Assembly: GCA_965656495.1 (NCBI GenBank)
Contig: CBFHKU010000001.1
Location: 210,781-274,780, forward strand
Length of the DNA stretch: 64,000 bases
Direction: 5' to 3'
Origin: Coraliomargaritaceae bacterium
GTDB taxonomy: Bacteria > Verrucomicrobiota > Verrucomicrobiia > Opitutales > Coraliomargaritaceae
A program made the translations under genes and the position numbers. Shown in pieces: positions 13,634-29,158 of this stretch. The first letter of the stretch is position 1. Each line of letters starts with the position of its first letter. The notes under the pieces are model-generated. The model searched no databases, was not told the origin of the DNA, and was given only the letters and a program-made list of their open reading frames with translations.

Positions 13634-14521
13634 ATGATTGCTTTGTTTAAATTTCTCCCAGCCGTAAAATTTGCTTCGCTGCTTGCGGGGTTATTGGCAT
13701 TGCCCGGTTTGTTGTTGGGTGCTGCGGCGTTGCCGGTCTGGGTCACGATTGAACCACAGGCTTATTTTTTGAATGCGGTCGGGGGCGATGCGGTACAAGT
13801 GCGGGTGCTGGTGCGCCCGGGGCATTGTGTGGAGTTATATGCCCCGAGTCCAAGGGATATGGCAGAGCTCTCGCGGGCAAAGGCTTACTTTCGGATGGCG
13901 GTGCCGGTGGAATCAGTGATCACAAAGCGTTTGGAGGCGCGGGAGGCGGAGCTGCGCTTTTTCGGACCCGAATTTCTTTGGGATACACATCGACATGATC
14001 ACGCGCACTGTGAAATTTGTGGCTCTGCCACGAAGGATCCGCACACCTGGTTGGATCCGTTGCAGATGATTGACTACGTGGATGTGATAAAGTCGGGCTT
14101 GAGTGAATTGCGCCCCGAGCGGGCCGCTTATTTTGAAGCGAATGCAAAACGTCTCAAATCGGAGCTTGCTGACCTCCATACGTCGCTTGAGGCGCGGTTT
14201 TTGAATTATCCGGGCCGTGCTTTCTACATCAACCACCCGTCCTTGCTGCACTTTGCGAAGCGATACGGTCTGGAGCAGCGGTCAATCGAACATGCGGGCA
14301 GTGCCCCGGCGGCGAAACGCATGGCTGCTTTGATCAAGGAGGCGCGGGAGGCCGGTATCGGGGCAGTTTTGGCTCAGCCTGAATTTGGACGCAGCAGCGC
14401 GGCGGTCATGGCGGATGCCCTCGGGGTGCCACTCCTGGAGGTAAATATTTTGGGTCGGGATTATTTTGAAAACATGCGCGGCTTGGCGGCGGCGCTGGAA
14501 AGGAGCTTTGCAAATGACTGA
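13634..14521 (+). CDS. Zn/Mn ABC transporter substrate-binding protein (ZnuA-like)
   Basis: Signal peptide, His/Cys loop, DPHTWLDP. Confidence 0.88.
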   Translation: MIALFKFLPAVKFASLLAGLLALPGLLLGAAALPVWVTIEPQAYFLNAVGGDAVQVRVLVRPGHCVELYAPSPRDMAELSRAKAYFRMAVPVESVITKRLEAREAELRFFGPEFLWDTHRHDHAHCEICGSATKDPHTWLDPLQMIDYVDVIKSGLSELRPERAAYFEANAKRLKSELADLHTSLEARFLNYPGRAFYINHPSLLHFAKRYGLEQRSIEHAGSAPAAKRMAALIKEAREAGIGAVLAQPEFGRSSAAVMADALGVPLLEVNILGRDYFENMRGLAAALERSFAND

Positions 14522-15284
14522 GGCAGCTCAACCCGTGATTTGTCTGGAGGGGGTTCACTTTGCCTATGGCTCGCAATTCGCTCTTGAAGATGCCGATTTC
14601 GACATTCACGCGGGAGAATCGGTTTGCATGGTCGGCCCCAATGGGGGTGGTAAATCAACGCTCATCAAGTTGATGCTGGGGCTTTTAAAGCCGGATGCGG
14701 GGCGGGTGCTGCTCTTTGGTGAATCGCCGCTGCGGACGCGTCAAAAAGTCGGGTATGTGCCACAACAGACCGCATTTGACCCGCTTTTCCCGATTTCGGT
14801 GCTGGAAGTCTGCCTGATGGGTTCTTTAAGCGGGCGTAGTTTCGGGTTCACGAGCCGGGCGGAGCAGGCGAGGGCGCGCGCGTTGTTGGATTCGATGGAA
14901 TTGGGAGGATTGGCACGAGCGCCGTTCGCAAGTCTATCGGGCGGTCAACGGCAAGCGGTTCTCGTGGCGCGGGCCATGATGACTGAGCCGGAGTTGCTCC
15001 TTCTGGATGAACCGACCGCCCATGTGGATGTTGCCTCTGCGGCGCGTCTGATGGAGGGTATTCGTGCGCTGGGTGAGGATATGACGGTTTTGATGGTTTC
15101 TCACGACCTTTCATTTGTGGCGCGAACCGTTCCCAAGGTCATTTGTGTGAATCGTTGCGTGCATGTGCACCCCACTGCGGAATTGAGTAGCGAGGTTTTA
15201 AATCAGCTCTATGGCCATGAATTGCGGATGGTACAGCACGATCATGAACATTTGGACAGTCATGGAGGGCATTGCCATGGTTGA
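14514..15284 (+). CDS. Zn/Mn ABC transporter ATPase (ZnuC-like)
   Basis: GPNGGGKST, LSGGQ, LLLDEPT, VSHD, His-rich tail. Confidence 0.9.
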   Translation: MTEAAQPVICLEGVHFAYGSQFALEDADFDIHAGESVCMVGPNGGGKSTLIKLMLGLLKPDAGRVLLFGESPLRTRQKVGYVPQQTAFDPLFPISVLEVCLMGSLSGRSFGFTSRAEQARARALLDSMELGGLARAPFASLSGGQRQAVLVARAMMTEPELLLLDEPTAHVDVASAARLMEGIRALGEDMTVLMVSHDLSFVARTVPKVICVNRCVHVHPTAELSSEVLNQLYGHELRMVQHDHEHLDSHGGHCHG

Positions 15285-16116
15285 ATTTTTCCGCGCATTA
15301 GGGGACCCGGATTTGGTCTTTTTGCGTTACGCGCTGCTGCTGAGCTTGCTTGCAAGCATTCCTTTGGGGGCAGTGGGCACTTTGGTGGTCGCCCGTCGAA
15401 TCAGTTATTTAGCGGCCGCCATTGCGCATTCCGCGCTGGGAGGGATTGGGGTGGCGCTCTACACGAAGGAGGCCCTCGGTTGGTATTGGTTCAGCCCGAT
15501 GTTGGGAGCCTTGCTCTCGGCGGTACTTTCGGCGGCTTTGGTGGGGTGGGTATCGCTCCGCGCCCGGGAGCGGGAAGATGCTGCAATTGGGGCAATTTGG
15601 GTCTCCGGGATGGCGATTGGTCTTTTATCTATATACAATACAACGGGTTACGTCGATCCGATGGGTTATTTATTCGGTGATATACTGCTGGTTCAGGCGC
15701 TGGATCTCAAACTGGCTGCAGTGGTGGGCTCGGTAATCATACTGACCTTGGTGCTGGCGTATCGCCCGGTGGTAGCGGTTTGTTTTGATCCGGAGTTTGC
15801 GGCGATTCGGGGGGTTCACTCGCATTGGATTTACCTGCTCTTGCTGCAAATGACGGCACTTTGCGTTGTTTTGCTGGTTTCTTTGGTCGGTATCGTGCTG
15901 GTTATCGCCCTGCTTACGCTGCCACCGGCAATCGCCTCAATGCGGGCTCGAAGCCTCTGGCAGATGATTCTGGGGTCTATTTTACTCACTGCGCTCTTCC
16001 TGGTTATGGGCTTGGCTTTGAGCTTTACCTGGGATGTGCCGACGGGGCCGGTTGTGGTCCTGCTGGCGGTCTTGGTTTATCTGGCGGGTCTTCTGGCAGG
16101 GCGATTTCGCTCTTAA
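15277..16116 (+). CDS. Zn/Mn ABC transporter permease (ZnuB-like)
   Basis: Multi-TM, AIAHSALGG, YLFGDIL, FDPEFA. Confidence 0.9.
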   Translation: MVEFFRALGDPDLVFLRYALLLSLLASIPLGAVGTLVVARRISYLAAAIAHSALGGIGVALYTKEALGWYWFSPMLGALLSAVLSAALVGWVSLRAREREDAAIGAIWVSGMAIGLLSIYNTTGYVDPMGYLFGDILLVQALDLKLAAVVGSVIILTLVLAYRPVVAVCFDPEFAAIRGVHSHWIYLLLLQMTALCVVLLVSLVGIVLVIALLTLPPAIASMRARSLWQMILGSILLTALFLVMGLALSFTWDVPTGPVVVLLAVLVYLAGLLAGRFRS

Positions 16117-16139
16117 GGGTGATTTTTTTAAAATTAGTG

Positions 16140-16168
16140 TTGACTGCGCTTTTGGCGAAGCGCATTTT
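16140..16168 (+). promoter_or_regulatory. Putative sigma70-type promoter for tRNA-Thr/tuf
   Basis: TTGACT-N17-CATTTT upstream of tRNA-Thr. Confidence 0.35.
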
Positions 16169-16239
16169 CGCGGACTTTCTTTTTAAACCTAGAGGCAAGA
16201 TAGAAAGTCGGCTCTTTAAAAATATTCTTCTTATGATGT

Positions 16240-16317
<78 letters not shown>

Positions 16318-16367
16318 AACTCAACCGCCGCAAGGCAATTTTTTCTCAACACTAATCAACTCCAACC

Positions 16368-17558
16368 ATGGCTAAGGAAACATTCGAAAGAACCAAACCG
16401 CACGTTAATGTCGGAACCATCGGTCACATTGACCACGGTAAGACAACCACCACAACTGCTATCCTCAAGGTGCAGGCAGACAAAGGACTCGCTCAGTTCA
16501 AGTCCTATGCTGACATCGCCAAGGGCGGTACTGTTCGTGACGAGACTAAGACCGTTACGATTGCGGTTGCTCACGTGGAATACGAAACAGAGAACCGTCA
16601 CTACGCGCACGTTGACTGCCCGGGTCACGCGGACTTCGTTAAGAACATGATCACCGGTGCTGCCCAAATGGACGGCGCTATTCTCGTGGTTTCCGCTGCA
16701 GACGGCCCGATGCCCCAGACTCGCGAGCACATCCTGCTTGCCCGTCAGGTCGGCGTTCCCACCATCGTTGTATGGTTGAACAAAGTTGACCTTCTTGACG
16801 ACGAGGAGCTCCTTGAGCTCGTTGAAATGGAAGTTCGTGACCTCCTTTCCAAATACGAATACCCCGGCGACGACATCACCATCGTTCGTGGTTCCGCTAC
16901 CGCTGCCCTCGACGGCAAGCCCGAAGGTGTGGAAGCAATCGGTAATCTCATGAACGCGATCGACACCGATATCGCTGAGCCGGCTCGTGAAACCGACAAG
17001 CCTTTCCTTATGTCGGTTGAAGACGTCTTCTCCATCACTGGTCGTGGTACCGTTGCAACCGGTCGTATCGAGCGTGGTATTGTTAAGGTCGGCGAAGAAA
17101 TCGAAATCGTCGGCATGAAAGACACTGTCAAAACAACCGTTACCGGTGTTGAAATGTTCCGCAAGCAACTCGACCAGGGTATGGCGGGTGACAACGTGGG
17201 TCTTCTGCTCCGCGGTGTTGAGCGCGATTCCATCGAGCGCGGTCAAGTGCTTTCCAAGCCCGGATCGATCACTCCGCACACCACTGCCAAAGCCGAGCTT
17301 TACGTCCTCAGCAAGGATGAAGGCGGTCGCCACACTCCTTTCTTTGATGGCTATCGTCCGCAGTTCTTCTTCGGCACTGCCGACGTTACAGGTATCATCA
17401 AGACTCCGGAAGGCGTTGAGATGGTCATGCCCGGTGACAACCTGACGGTTACGGTTGAACTCGGCAAGAACGTCGCGATGGAAGCTGGACAGCGTTTCGC
17501 TATCCGTGAAGGTGGTCGCACCATTGGTGCTGGCCGTATCACGGAGGTTGAGAAATAG
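16368..17558 (+). CDS. tuf: Elongation factor Tu
   Basis: [32 protein letters not shown]. Confidence 0.98.
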   Translation: MAKETFERTKPHVNVGTIGHIDHGKTTTTTAILKVQADKGLAQFKSYADIAKGGTVRDETKTVTIAVAHVEYETENRHYAHVDCPGHADFVKNMITGAAQMDGAILVVSAADGPMPQTREHILLARQVGVPTIVVWLNKVDLLDDEELLELVEMEVRDLLSKYEYPGDDITIVRGSATAALDGKPEGVEAIGNLMNAIDTDIAEPARETDKPFLMSVEDVFSITGRGTVATGRIERGIVKVGEEIEIVGMKDTVKTTVTGVEMFRKQLDQGMAGDNVGLLLRGVERDSIERGQVLSKPGSITPHTTAKAELYVLSKDEGGRHTPFFDGYRPQFFFGTADVTGIIKTPEGVEMVMPGDNLTVTVELGKNVAMEAGQRFAIREGGRTIGAGRITEVEK

Positions 17559-17645
17559 ATCGTTCTTTTACCTTTACGGTGACTGCCGAGAGCTCTATGT
17601 TGGGCTCTCGGCTTCACTGTCTTTAACTGCACTTCAGTTTTCATT

Positions 17646-17724
<79 letters not shown>

Positions 17725-17730
17725 CCAGAC

Positions 17731-17934
17731 ATGAAAAATCCATTCAGCAGCATCCGTCTCTTTTATAAAGAGACCCTTAACGAGCTTAAAAAGGCAGCCT
17801 GGCCGACCAAAACCGAGCTCCGCGATTCAACGATTGTGGTGCTTTTGGCGACCGCTCTGCTAGGCACCTTTATCGCGCTGACAGATTTTTCTCTGATGAA
17901 TGGCGTGCAGCTACTCACTGAACTGGTGCGCTAA
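17731..17934 (+). CDS. secE: Preprotein translocase subunit SecE
   Basis: ELKKAAWPTKTEL plus single TM; between tRNA-Trp and nusG. Confidence 0.93.
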   Translation: MKNPFSSIRLFYKETLNELKKAAWPTKTELRDSTIVVLLATALLGTFIALTDFSLMNGVQLLTELVR

Positions 17935-17972
17935 CACGTCCTCCTGCTTTTTATCACGCCTCAATAATACGA

Positions 17973-18551
<579 letters not shown>

Positions 18552-18557
18552 CATCTC

Positions 18558-18983
18558 ATGTCTAAGAAAGTCGTAGGAGAAATCCGTTTACAATTGCCCG
18601 CCGGTGCTGCCAATCCGGCGCCTCCCGTAGGTCCCGCCCTCGGTGCGCAAGGCGTCAATATCATGGGCTTCTGTAAAGAGTTCAACGCCAAGACCAAGGA
18701 TCAGGCCGGTATGATTTTGCCGACTGTCATCACGGTTTATGCGGACCGCTCCTTTACCTTCATTCTCAAGTCGCCTCCCGCGGCGGTGCTGCTCAAAAAA
18801 GCAGCCGGGATTGCCAAGGGTTCGGGTGTTCCCAACCGCGACAAAGTCGGCACCGTGACCCGCAAACAGGTTCTGGAAATTTGCGAGACCAAGAAAAATG
18901 ATCTCAATGCCAAAGACGAGGATGCCGCCTTCCATATTATCGCCGGCACCGCCCGTTCGATGGGCCTCGAAGTTGTCGATTAA
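18558..18983 (+). CDS. rplK: 50S ribosomal protein L11
   Basis: [21 protein letters not shown]. Confidence 0.98.
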   Translation: MSKKVVGEIRLQLPAGAANPAPPVGPALGAQGVNIMGFCKEFNAKTKDQAGMILPTVITVYADRSFTFILKSPPAAVLLKKAAGIAKGSGVPNRDKVGTVTRKQVLEICETKKNDLNAKDEDAAFHIIAGTARSMGLEVVD

Positions 18984-19015
18984 GTCACTTTTTAACCAAC
19001 CAAACCAAACAAATC

Positions 19016-19720
19016 ATGCCAACCCAGCAAATCAAGGGGAGCAAACGCTTTCGTCAGGCCGCCGAAATGGTCGACCTGACCAAGACCTACTCGGTCGCCG
19101 AAGCGTCTGCGTTACTCAACACACTACCCAAGGCGAAGTTCGACGAAACCGTTGAACTCTACGCCCACCTCACCGTCGATCCCCGCAAGAGTGATCAGAT
19201 GGTTCGCGGTACTCTGAAACTGCCCCACGGCAGCGGAAAGTCTGTCCGCGTTATTGTATTCACGGAAAATCCCGATGAAGCCACCGCCGCAGGCGCGGAA
19301 GAAGCCGGACTCGATGACCTCATCGAAAAGGTCACCGGTGGATGGACCGATTTTGACGTCGCGATCGCAACGACCAGCGCGATGAAGAGCGTTCGTAAAG
19401 TCGCGCGGGTTCTGGGACCCAGAGGCCTCATGCCAAACCCGAAATCCGGCACCGTCACCGATGACATTCCCGCCGCGATTCAAGAGGTCAAGGCCGGGCG
19501 CGTGGAATACAAAATGGATAAAACCGCCAATGTCGCCATCGTCATTGGGAAGCGTTCCTTTGAAGCCGATAAAATTGCCGAGAATGCCGAAGCTGCGATT
19601 CGCTCGCTGGTTGAGGCAAAGCCCAAGTCCGCTACCGGTAAATTCATCAAGACGCTTGCAATCAGCGCTACCATGAGTCCCGGGATCGCAGTTGACGCCG
19701 CGTCCTACAATAAAATTTAA
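19016..19720 (+). CDS. rplA: 50S ribosomal protein L1
   Basis: KFDETVE, LGPRGLMPNPKSGTVT. Confidence 0.98.
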   Translation: MPTQQIKGSKRFRQAAEMVDLTKTYSVAEASALLNTLPKAKFDETVELYAHLTVDPRKSDQMVRGTLKLPHGSGKSVRVIVFTENPDEATAAGAEEAGLDDLIEKVTGGWTDFDVAIATTSAMKSVRKVARVLGPRGLMPNPKSGTVTDDIPAAIQEVKAGRVEYKMDKTANVAIVIGKRSFEADKIAENAEAAIRSLVEAKPKSATGKFIKTLAISATMSPGIAVDAASYNKI

Positions 19721-19737
19721 CCGAGGAACTGCCAAAA

Positions 19738-20253
19738 ATGAGACCGGAAAAACAATATCTCGTCGAAGAGGTCAGTACACACCTCGCAAAATCCGACTAC
19801 GTATATCTCGCCAACTATGAGCGCATCACCGTCGATGAAATCGCGGAGTTGCGCGCCTCGCTCGCCGAGCACGACGCCGAGTTCCACGTGGTCAAGAACA
19901 CCATCTTTAATGTCGCTGCCCAGGCCAAGGAATTGCCGGATGTCAGCGAACATTTGACTGGCCCCACTGCCATCATCATCGGCGGTAACAACCCCTCGGG
20001 TGTAGCCAAGGCACTGGGCAAGTTCTTCAAGGCCAAGGAAAAAGTCGAACTCAAGGTCGGGATTCTCGACAACAAGACCCTCGATGCCGCTCAAATCGAA
20101 GCCCTCGCCAAGCTGCCGGGCCTCGAATCGCTACGCGCCCAGCTCCTCGGTTTGCTCACGCAACCCGGTACCGGTCTGGTACGCGTCCTCAACGCCGTGC
20201 CGCAAGGCGTCGTCAATGTACTTCAAGCCAAAGTCCGCGAGGAAAACGGCTAA
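19738..20253 (+). CDS. rplJ: 50S ribosomal protein L10
   Basis: VVKNT, LAKLP; position between rplA and rplL. Confidence 0.96.
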   Translation: MRPEKQYLVEEVSTHLAKSDYVYLANYERITVDEIAELRASLAEHDAEFHVVKNTIFNVAAQAKELPDVSEHLTGPTAIIIGGNNPSGVAKALGKFFKAKEKVELKVGILDNKTLDAAQIEALAKLPGLESLRAQLLGLLTQPGTGLVRVLNAVPQGVVNVLQAKVREENG

Positions 20254-20282
20254 ACAACAAAACAAACCAATACATATAATCC

Positions 20283-20327
20283 AGCTAGGAGGCCTGCCTC
20301 TTAAATGTTCCAGTCGGAACGCTAGCT
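20283..20327 (+). promoter_or_regulatory. Candidate cis-regulatory RNA (three-way junction resembling 23S H42-44) upstream of rplL
   Basis: AGCTAG/CTAGCT stem enclosing GAGG/CCTC and GTTCC/GGAAC hairpins joined by TTAAAT. Confidence 0.5.
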
Positions 20328-20346
20328 AATTGAAAGGTAAAACAAC

Positions 20347-20733
20347 ATGTCAGATATCACTAAAGATCAAGTCGTCGAATGGCTCAGCAGTCAGTCCGTT
20401 CTCGAGGTTTCCGAGCTCGTTAAAGAACTCGAAGAAAAATGGGGCGTGAGCGCCGCTGCTCCGGTTGCGGTTGCAGCTGCAGGTGCCCCTGCCGGTGGTG
20501 ATGCCCCCGCAGCCGAGGAAAAGGATGAGTTCGATGTCATCCTCACCGAAGCTGGTGGCAACAAGATCGCCGTCATTAAAGAAGTCCGTGCCCTCACTGG
20601 TCTCGGCCTCAAAGAAGCCAAGGAACTGGTCGAAAGCGCTCCCAAGCCCGTCAAGGAAGGAGCCGCCAAGGACGAAGCTGAAGAAATCAAGAAGAAGCTC
20701 GAAGCCGCCGGCGCGAAAGCAGAACTCAAGTAA
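20347..20733 (+). CDS. rplL: 50S ribosomal protein L7/L12
   Basis: [24 protein letters not shown]. Confidence 0.98.
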   Translation: MSDITKDQVVEWLSSQSVLEVSELVKELEEKWGVSAAAPVAVAAAGAPAGGDAPAAEEKDEFDVILTEAGGNKIAVIKEVRALTGLGLKEAKELVESAPKPVKEGAAKDEAEEIKKKLEAAGAKAELK

Positions 20734-20772
20734 CTCGTATCACGATTATACGTACTACAGTCACATTTACAT

Positions 20773-20822
20773 GGTTAGGCGAGCTCGCCCCCTTTCGGGC
20801 GGGCCTCGCCTAGCTGTTTTTC
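20773..20822 (+). terminator. Terminator/attenuator hairpin between rplL and rpoB
   Basis: TAGGCGAG-CTCGCCC...GGGCGGG-C-CTCGCCTA followed by GTTTTT. Confidence 0.6.
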
Positions 20823-20894
20823 ACTCCTGCCACCTCCGTGGCTATCAAGTCATTTCACCCTCCCTCCATCTCACCGCCATCCCGCACCTCAGTC

Positions 20895-23800
20895 ATGTCA
20901 GAGCGTATTAACTTCGGTCAAATCAAGGAAGTCATCCAGCCACCCAATCTGATTGAAAATCAGATCGATTCCTTTAAGGAATTTTTACAGATAGAGGAGG
21001 CGCCGGGACAGCGCAAGCCTGTCGGTCTGGAGGCGGTCTTCTCAGAAGTCTTTCCCATCGAGAGCTACGACAGTCGCTGTCACCTCGAATACGTCAGCTA
21101 CAACATCACTCCGCCGCGCGAGTCCGAGATCGAAGCGATCCGCGAAGGGGTCACCTATTCCGTCTCGCTCTACGTGAAGCTTCGCCTCCGCGAGGAAGAT
21201 CACATCAAGGACGAGGAAATTTACATGGGCGAGCTGCCCATGATCACCAGTCGCGGTTCCTTTATCATCAATGGCGCGGAGCGTGTTATTGTCAGCCAGC
21301 TCCACCGCTCACCCGGTATTGCCTTTGAGGAAAGCACCCACACCAGTGGTAAGATTCTCCACGCTTTCCGCATTATTCCCGACCGTGGTACATGGCTCGA
21401 GGTTCAGTTTGATCAGAACGACCTCCTCTACGTTTACCTCGACCGCCGCCGCCGTCGTCGCAAGTTCCTCCTCACAACGCTGCTGCGTGCGATGGGCTAC
21501 AGTTCCGACGCCGAGATCCTCGACCTCTTTTACCAGATGGAGGAAATCAAAGTCTCCGATGCCCTCAAGCGCGACAGCGTTTCCAGCCTTGTTTTGACTG
21601 AGGACATTGTGGATGGCGACAAGGGCGTTGTGCTGGCGCGTGCCTTTGAGCCGTTGACCAAGACCATCATCCGTTCCTTCGACAAGGCAGGCCTTAAATC
21701 GGTCACCGCAATCGATACCACTGTCGACGACGGCGCGATCATCCGCTGCCTCAAAAAAGATCCCACTCAAAACGAGGAAGAGGCGCTCAAGGACATCTAC
21801 AAACGCCTGCGTCCCGGTGAACCGCCCACAACCGCAAACGCCAAAGCCTTGCTCAAACGCCTCTTCCAGGATCCGCGCCGCTATGACCTTGGCCGCGTCG
21901 GACGTTACAAGCTCAATCAAAAGCTCAAGATGGACACCGACCTTGAGTTCCGCGTTATCAATGCGGATGACGTGGTCGGTGCGACTAAATACCTCACTCG
22001 CTTGAAGCGGGGCGACGGTACGCTGGACGATATCGACCACTTGGGTAGTCGCCGTGTACGTACGGTGGGTGAATTGCTCGCCAACCAATGCCGCGTGGGC
22101 CTCGCCCGCACCGAGCGTTTGGTCAAGGAACGCATGACTCTTTACGATCAAAGCGTGGATTCGATCACGCCGCAAAAGCTTATCAATCCCAAGGCATTGA
22201 GCACCGTGATTCGCGACTTCTTTGCGCGGAGCCAGCTTTCTCAGTTTATGGATCAGATCAACCCGCTTGCGGAGTTGACCCACAAACGCCGCCTTTCCGC
22301 GCTCGGCCCCGGTGGTCTCAACCGTGAACGTGCCGGCTTTGAGGTGCGCGACGTGCACCCCTCGCACTACGGACGTATCTGCCCCATCGAAACGCCTGAA
22401 GGTCCCAACATTGGTCTGATCAACTCCCTCAGCCTCTATTCGCGCATCAATGAATTCGGATTCATCGAGACGCCTTACCGCAAGGTTGTGAAAGGCAAAG
22501 TGCTCGACGATGTTGAATACCTGAATGCCGACCAGGAGGAAACGCACCTCATCGCGCAGGCAAACTCCGTCATCGATAAAAAAGGTTTCCTGCAAGGTCG
22601 TGTCACCTGTCGTCGTGAAGATGAAGTGCTTGAAGTCAGTGGTGAGGAAGTCGACTACATGGACGTTTCGCCCAAGCAGTTGATTTCGGTTGCGGCGGGT
22701 CTCATTCCCTTCCTGGAACACGACGACGCCAACCGCGCGCTGATGGGTTCCAATATGCAACGCCAGGGTGTGCCGCTCCTTGAGTCGGAGGCTCCGTTTG
22801 TTGGTACCGGTATTGAAAACCGCGTTGCGGTTGACTCCAAGACCGTGGAGGTCGCCGACATGGACGGTATTATTGCGCAAGTGGACGCGCGTCGCATCGT
22901 GTTGACCAAGGACGGCGAATTGCCGGCTCGTACCCGCGATATCAAGACCGATCCCAAGCGCGAAATTTACGTGTACGAACTTCGCAAGTTCATGCGCTCC
23001 AATGCCGGCACCTGCTTCAACCAGAAGCCGGTCGTTACCAAGGGGCAACCCGTCAAGGCGGGGCAGGTCCTTGCAGACGGTGCTTCCACCGACGACGGTG
23101 AACTCGCCATCGGTCGCAACATCCTGGTGGCATTCATGCCCTGGAACGGCTACAATTTCGAAGACGCGATTCTTATCTCAGAGAAAATAGTGAAGGAGGA
23201 TATCTTCACTTCCATCCACGTGGATGAATTTGAAGTTACGGCCCGCGATACCAAGCTCGGTCCCGAGGAAATTACCCGTGACATTCCCAATGTCGGGGAA
23301 GAAGCGCTCAAGGATCTCAATCACGACGGCGTCATTCGCGTCGGTGCGGAAATCAAACCCGGCGATATTCTCGTTGGTAAGATCACTCCCAAGTCCGAAA
23401 CTGAATTGGCACCCGAGGAAAAACTCCTGCGTGCGATTTTCGGTGAGAAGGCCGCTGACGTTAAGGACACCTCTTTGGTTGTTCCTTCCGGAGTTCACGG
23501 TATCGTGATGGACGTAAAGGTCTCTGCTCGTATCGACGGCGAACCCGAGCAAATGTCCGCTTCCGACCGCCGTCGCCAGATCAAGAAGATCAACGAAGAA
23601 TATCGCTCGCAAAACGATCGCATGCGCGACGACCTCACCGAGGCACTCTCCAATATTCTCCTCGGCGAGAAGATTCCCCTCGACGTTAAGAATGGTGAGA
23701 CCGACGAGGTCATCATTCCCGCAAATCGTAAGATCACCAAGACCTTGCTTCGCCGCTTGGCTGCGGTTTCCAAGCACATCGAAATCGACCCCTCTCCGGT

Positions 23801-24689
23801 TCGCATTAAGATCATGGAAATCGTCGACAGCTATCAGGGCAAATTCGACGAGCTTGAGTACGAGCGCGAGCGCAAGATCGAAGCGGTCGAGTCCGGTGAA
23901 GATGCCGATCAAGGCGTGGTCAAGAGCGTTAAGGTTTACATCGCCAAGAAGCGCAAAATGCAGGTCGGTGACAAGATGGCCGGACGCCACGGTAATAAGG
24001 GCGTCGTTGCCAAGATTGTCCCCGAAGAAGACATGCCGTATCTGCCTGATGGCACGCCGGTAGAGATTTGCCTCAACCCGCTCGGGGTTCCTTCGCGCAT
24101 GAACGTGGGTCAGGTTCTGGAAACCCACCTTGGTTGGGCTTGTAAGAAACTGGGCATCACGGTCGCGACTCCGGTCTTTGACGGCATCAGTGAAAGCCGC
24201 GTGCGCGGTTACCTTGAGGAAGCCGGATTGCCATCCACCGGTAAGAGTATGCTCTATGACGGCCTGACCGGCGAGCAATTGCACGAAGAGGTCGTGGTCG
24301 GCTACATGTATATGTTGAAGCTCAACCACCTCGTTGCTTCCAAGATTCACGCCCGCGCGGTTGGTCCCTACAGTCTCATCACCCAGCAACCGCTTGGGGG
24401 TAAGGCCCAGTATGGTGGTCAGCGTTTCGGGGAAATGGAAGTCTGGGCGCTCGAAGCCTACGGAGCTGCCTACACCCTTCAGGAACTGCTCACCGTTAAA
24501 TCGGATGATGTCGCAGGCCGTACCCGCATCTATGAATCGCTCGTCAAGGGTGACAACAGCTTACAGGCCGGTACTCCGCAGTCCTTCAACGTTTTGATGA
24601 AGGAAATTCAAAGCCTCTGCCTCGACGTCAGTCTGGGCTCGGAGGGTAAATTCAACCTCGGCGGGGCCGCTGCGGCCATCGACGTCTAA
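20895..24689 (+). CDS. rpoB: RNA polymerase beta subunit
   Basis: SQLSQFMDQ, GDKMAGRHGNKG, GGQRFGEMEVWALEAY; DRRRRRRK insert; start trimmed to MSERINF. Confidence 0.99.
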   Translation: MSERINFGQIKEVIQPPNLIENQIDSFKEFLQIEEAPGQRKPVGLEAVFSEVFPIESYDSRCHLEYVSYNITPPRESEIEAIREGVTYSVSLYVKLRLREEDHIKDEEIYMGELPMITSRGSFIINGAERVIVSQLHRSPGIAFEESTHTSGKILHAFRIIPDRGTWLEVQFDQNDLLYVYLDRRRRRRKFLLTTLLRAMGYSSDAEILDLFYQMEEIKVSDALKRDSVSSLVLTEDIVDGDKGVVLARAFEPLTKTIIRSFDKAGLKSVTAIDTTVDDGAIIRCLKKDPTQNEEEALKDIYKRLRPGEPPTTANAKALLKRLFQDPRRYDLGRVGRYKLNQKLKMDTDLEFRVINADDVVGATKYLTRLKRGDGTLDDIDHLGSRRVRTVGELLANQCRVGLARTERLVKERMTLYDQSVDSITPQKLINPKALSTVIRDFFARSQLSQFMDQINPLAELTHKRRLSALGPGGLNRERAGFEVRDVHPSHYGRICPIETPEGPNIGLINSLSLYSRINEFGFIETPYRKVVKGKVLDDVEYLNADQEETHLIAQANSVIDKKGFLQGRVTCRREDEVLEVSGEEVDYMDVSPKQLISVAAGLIPFLEHDDANRALMGSNMQRQGVPLLESEAPFVGTGIENRVAVDSKTVEVADMDGIIAQVDARRIVLTKDGELPARTRDIKTDPKREIYVYELRKFMRSNAGTCFNQKPVVTKGQPVKAGQVLADGASTDDGELAIGRNILVAFMPWNGYNFEDAILISEKIVKEDIFTSIHVDEFEVTARDTKLGPEEITRDIPNVGEEALKDLNHDGVIRVGAEIKPGDILVGKITPKSETELAPEEKLLRAIFGEKAADVKDTSLVVPSGVHGIVMDVKVSARIDGEPEQMSASDRRRQIKKINEEYRSQNDRMRDDLTEALSNILLGEKIPLDVKNGETDEVIIPANRKITKTLLRRLAAVSKHIEIDPSPVRIKIMEIVDSYQGKFDELEYERERKIEAVESGEDADQGVVKSVKVYIAKKRKMQVGDKMAGRHGNKGVVAKIVPEEDMPYLPDGTPVEICLNPLGVPSRMNVGQVLETHLGWACKKLGITVATPVFDGISESRVRGYLEEAGLPSTGKSMLYDGLTGEQLHEEVVVGYMYMLKLNHLVASKIHARAVGPYSLITQQPLGGKAQYGGQRFGEMEVWALEAYGAAYTLQELLTVKSDDVAGRTRIYESLVKGDNSLQAGTPQSFNVLMKEIQSLCLDVSLGSEGKFNLGGAAAAIDV

Positions 24690-24728
24690 GCCTTATTAAC
24701 GGTTAATTTTAAAAAGAAAGTTACACAT

Positions 24729-28979
<4,251 letters not shown>

Positions 28980-29001
28980 TTCGACTCACTCCTTTAATTA
29001 C

Positions 29002-29030
29002 AAAGCCCTCCGGTTTCGGGGGGCTTTTTG
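29002..29030 (+). terminator. Rho-independent terminator after rpoC
   Basis: AAAGCCCTCCG-GTTT-CGGGGGGCTTTTT. Confidence 0.85.
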
Positions 29031-29158
29031 TTATTATAGGATTGAAAGAGCGGAGCATTCGTCTAAAGTCTTTTTCAGATCTTTGAAAATTTCCAGTTAT
29101 CTCAAATCGAATTTGAGCGTCCAATTCCGGTCGTTCATATCAAGAAGAAAAACTGAAA

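Noticed and set aside
13596..13636. Zur/Fur box upstream of the metal ABC transporter
   Set aside because: AT-rich with only a weak inverted repeat; no convincing match
17577..17620. Long hairpin between tuf and tRNA-Trp as an ncRNA or terminator
   Set aside because: No clear U-tract or family signature; most likely a processing or stability hairpin
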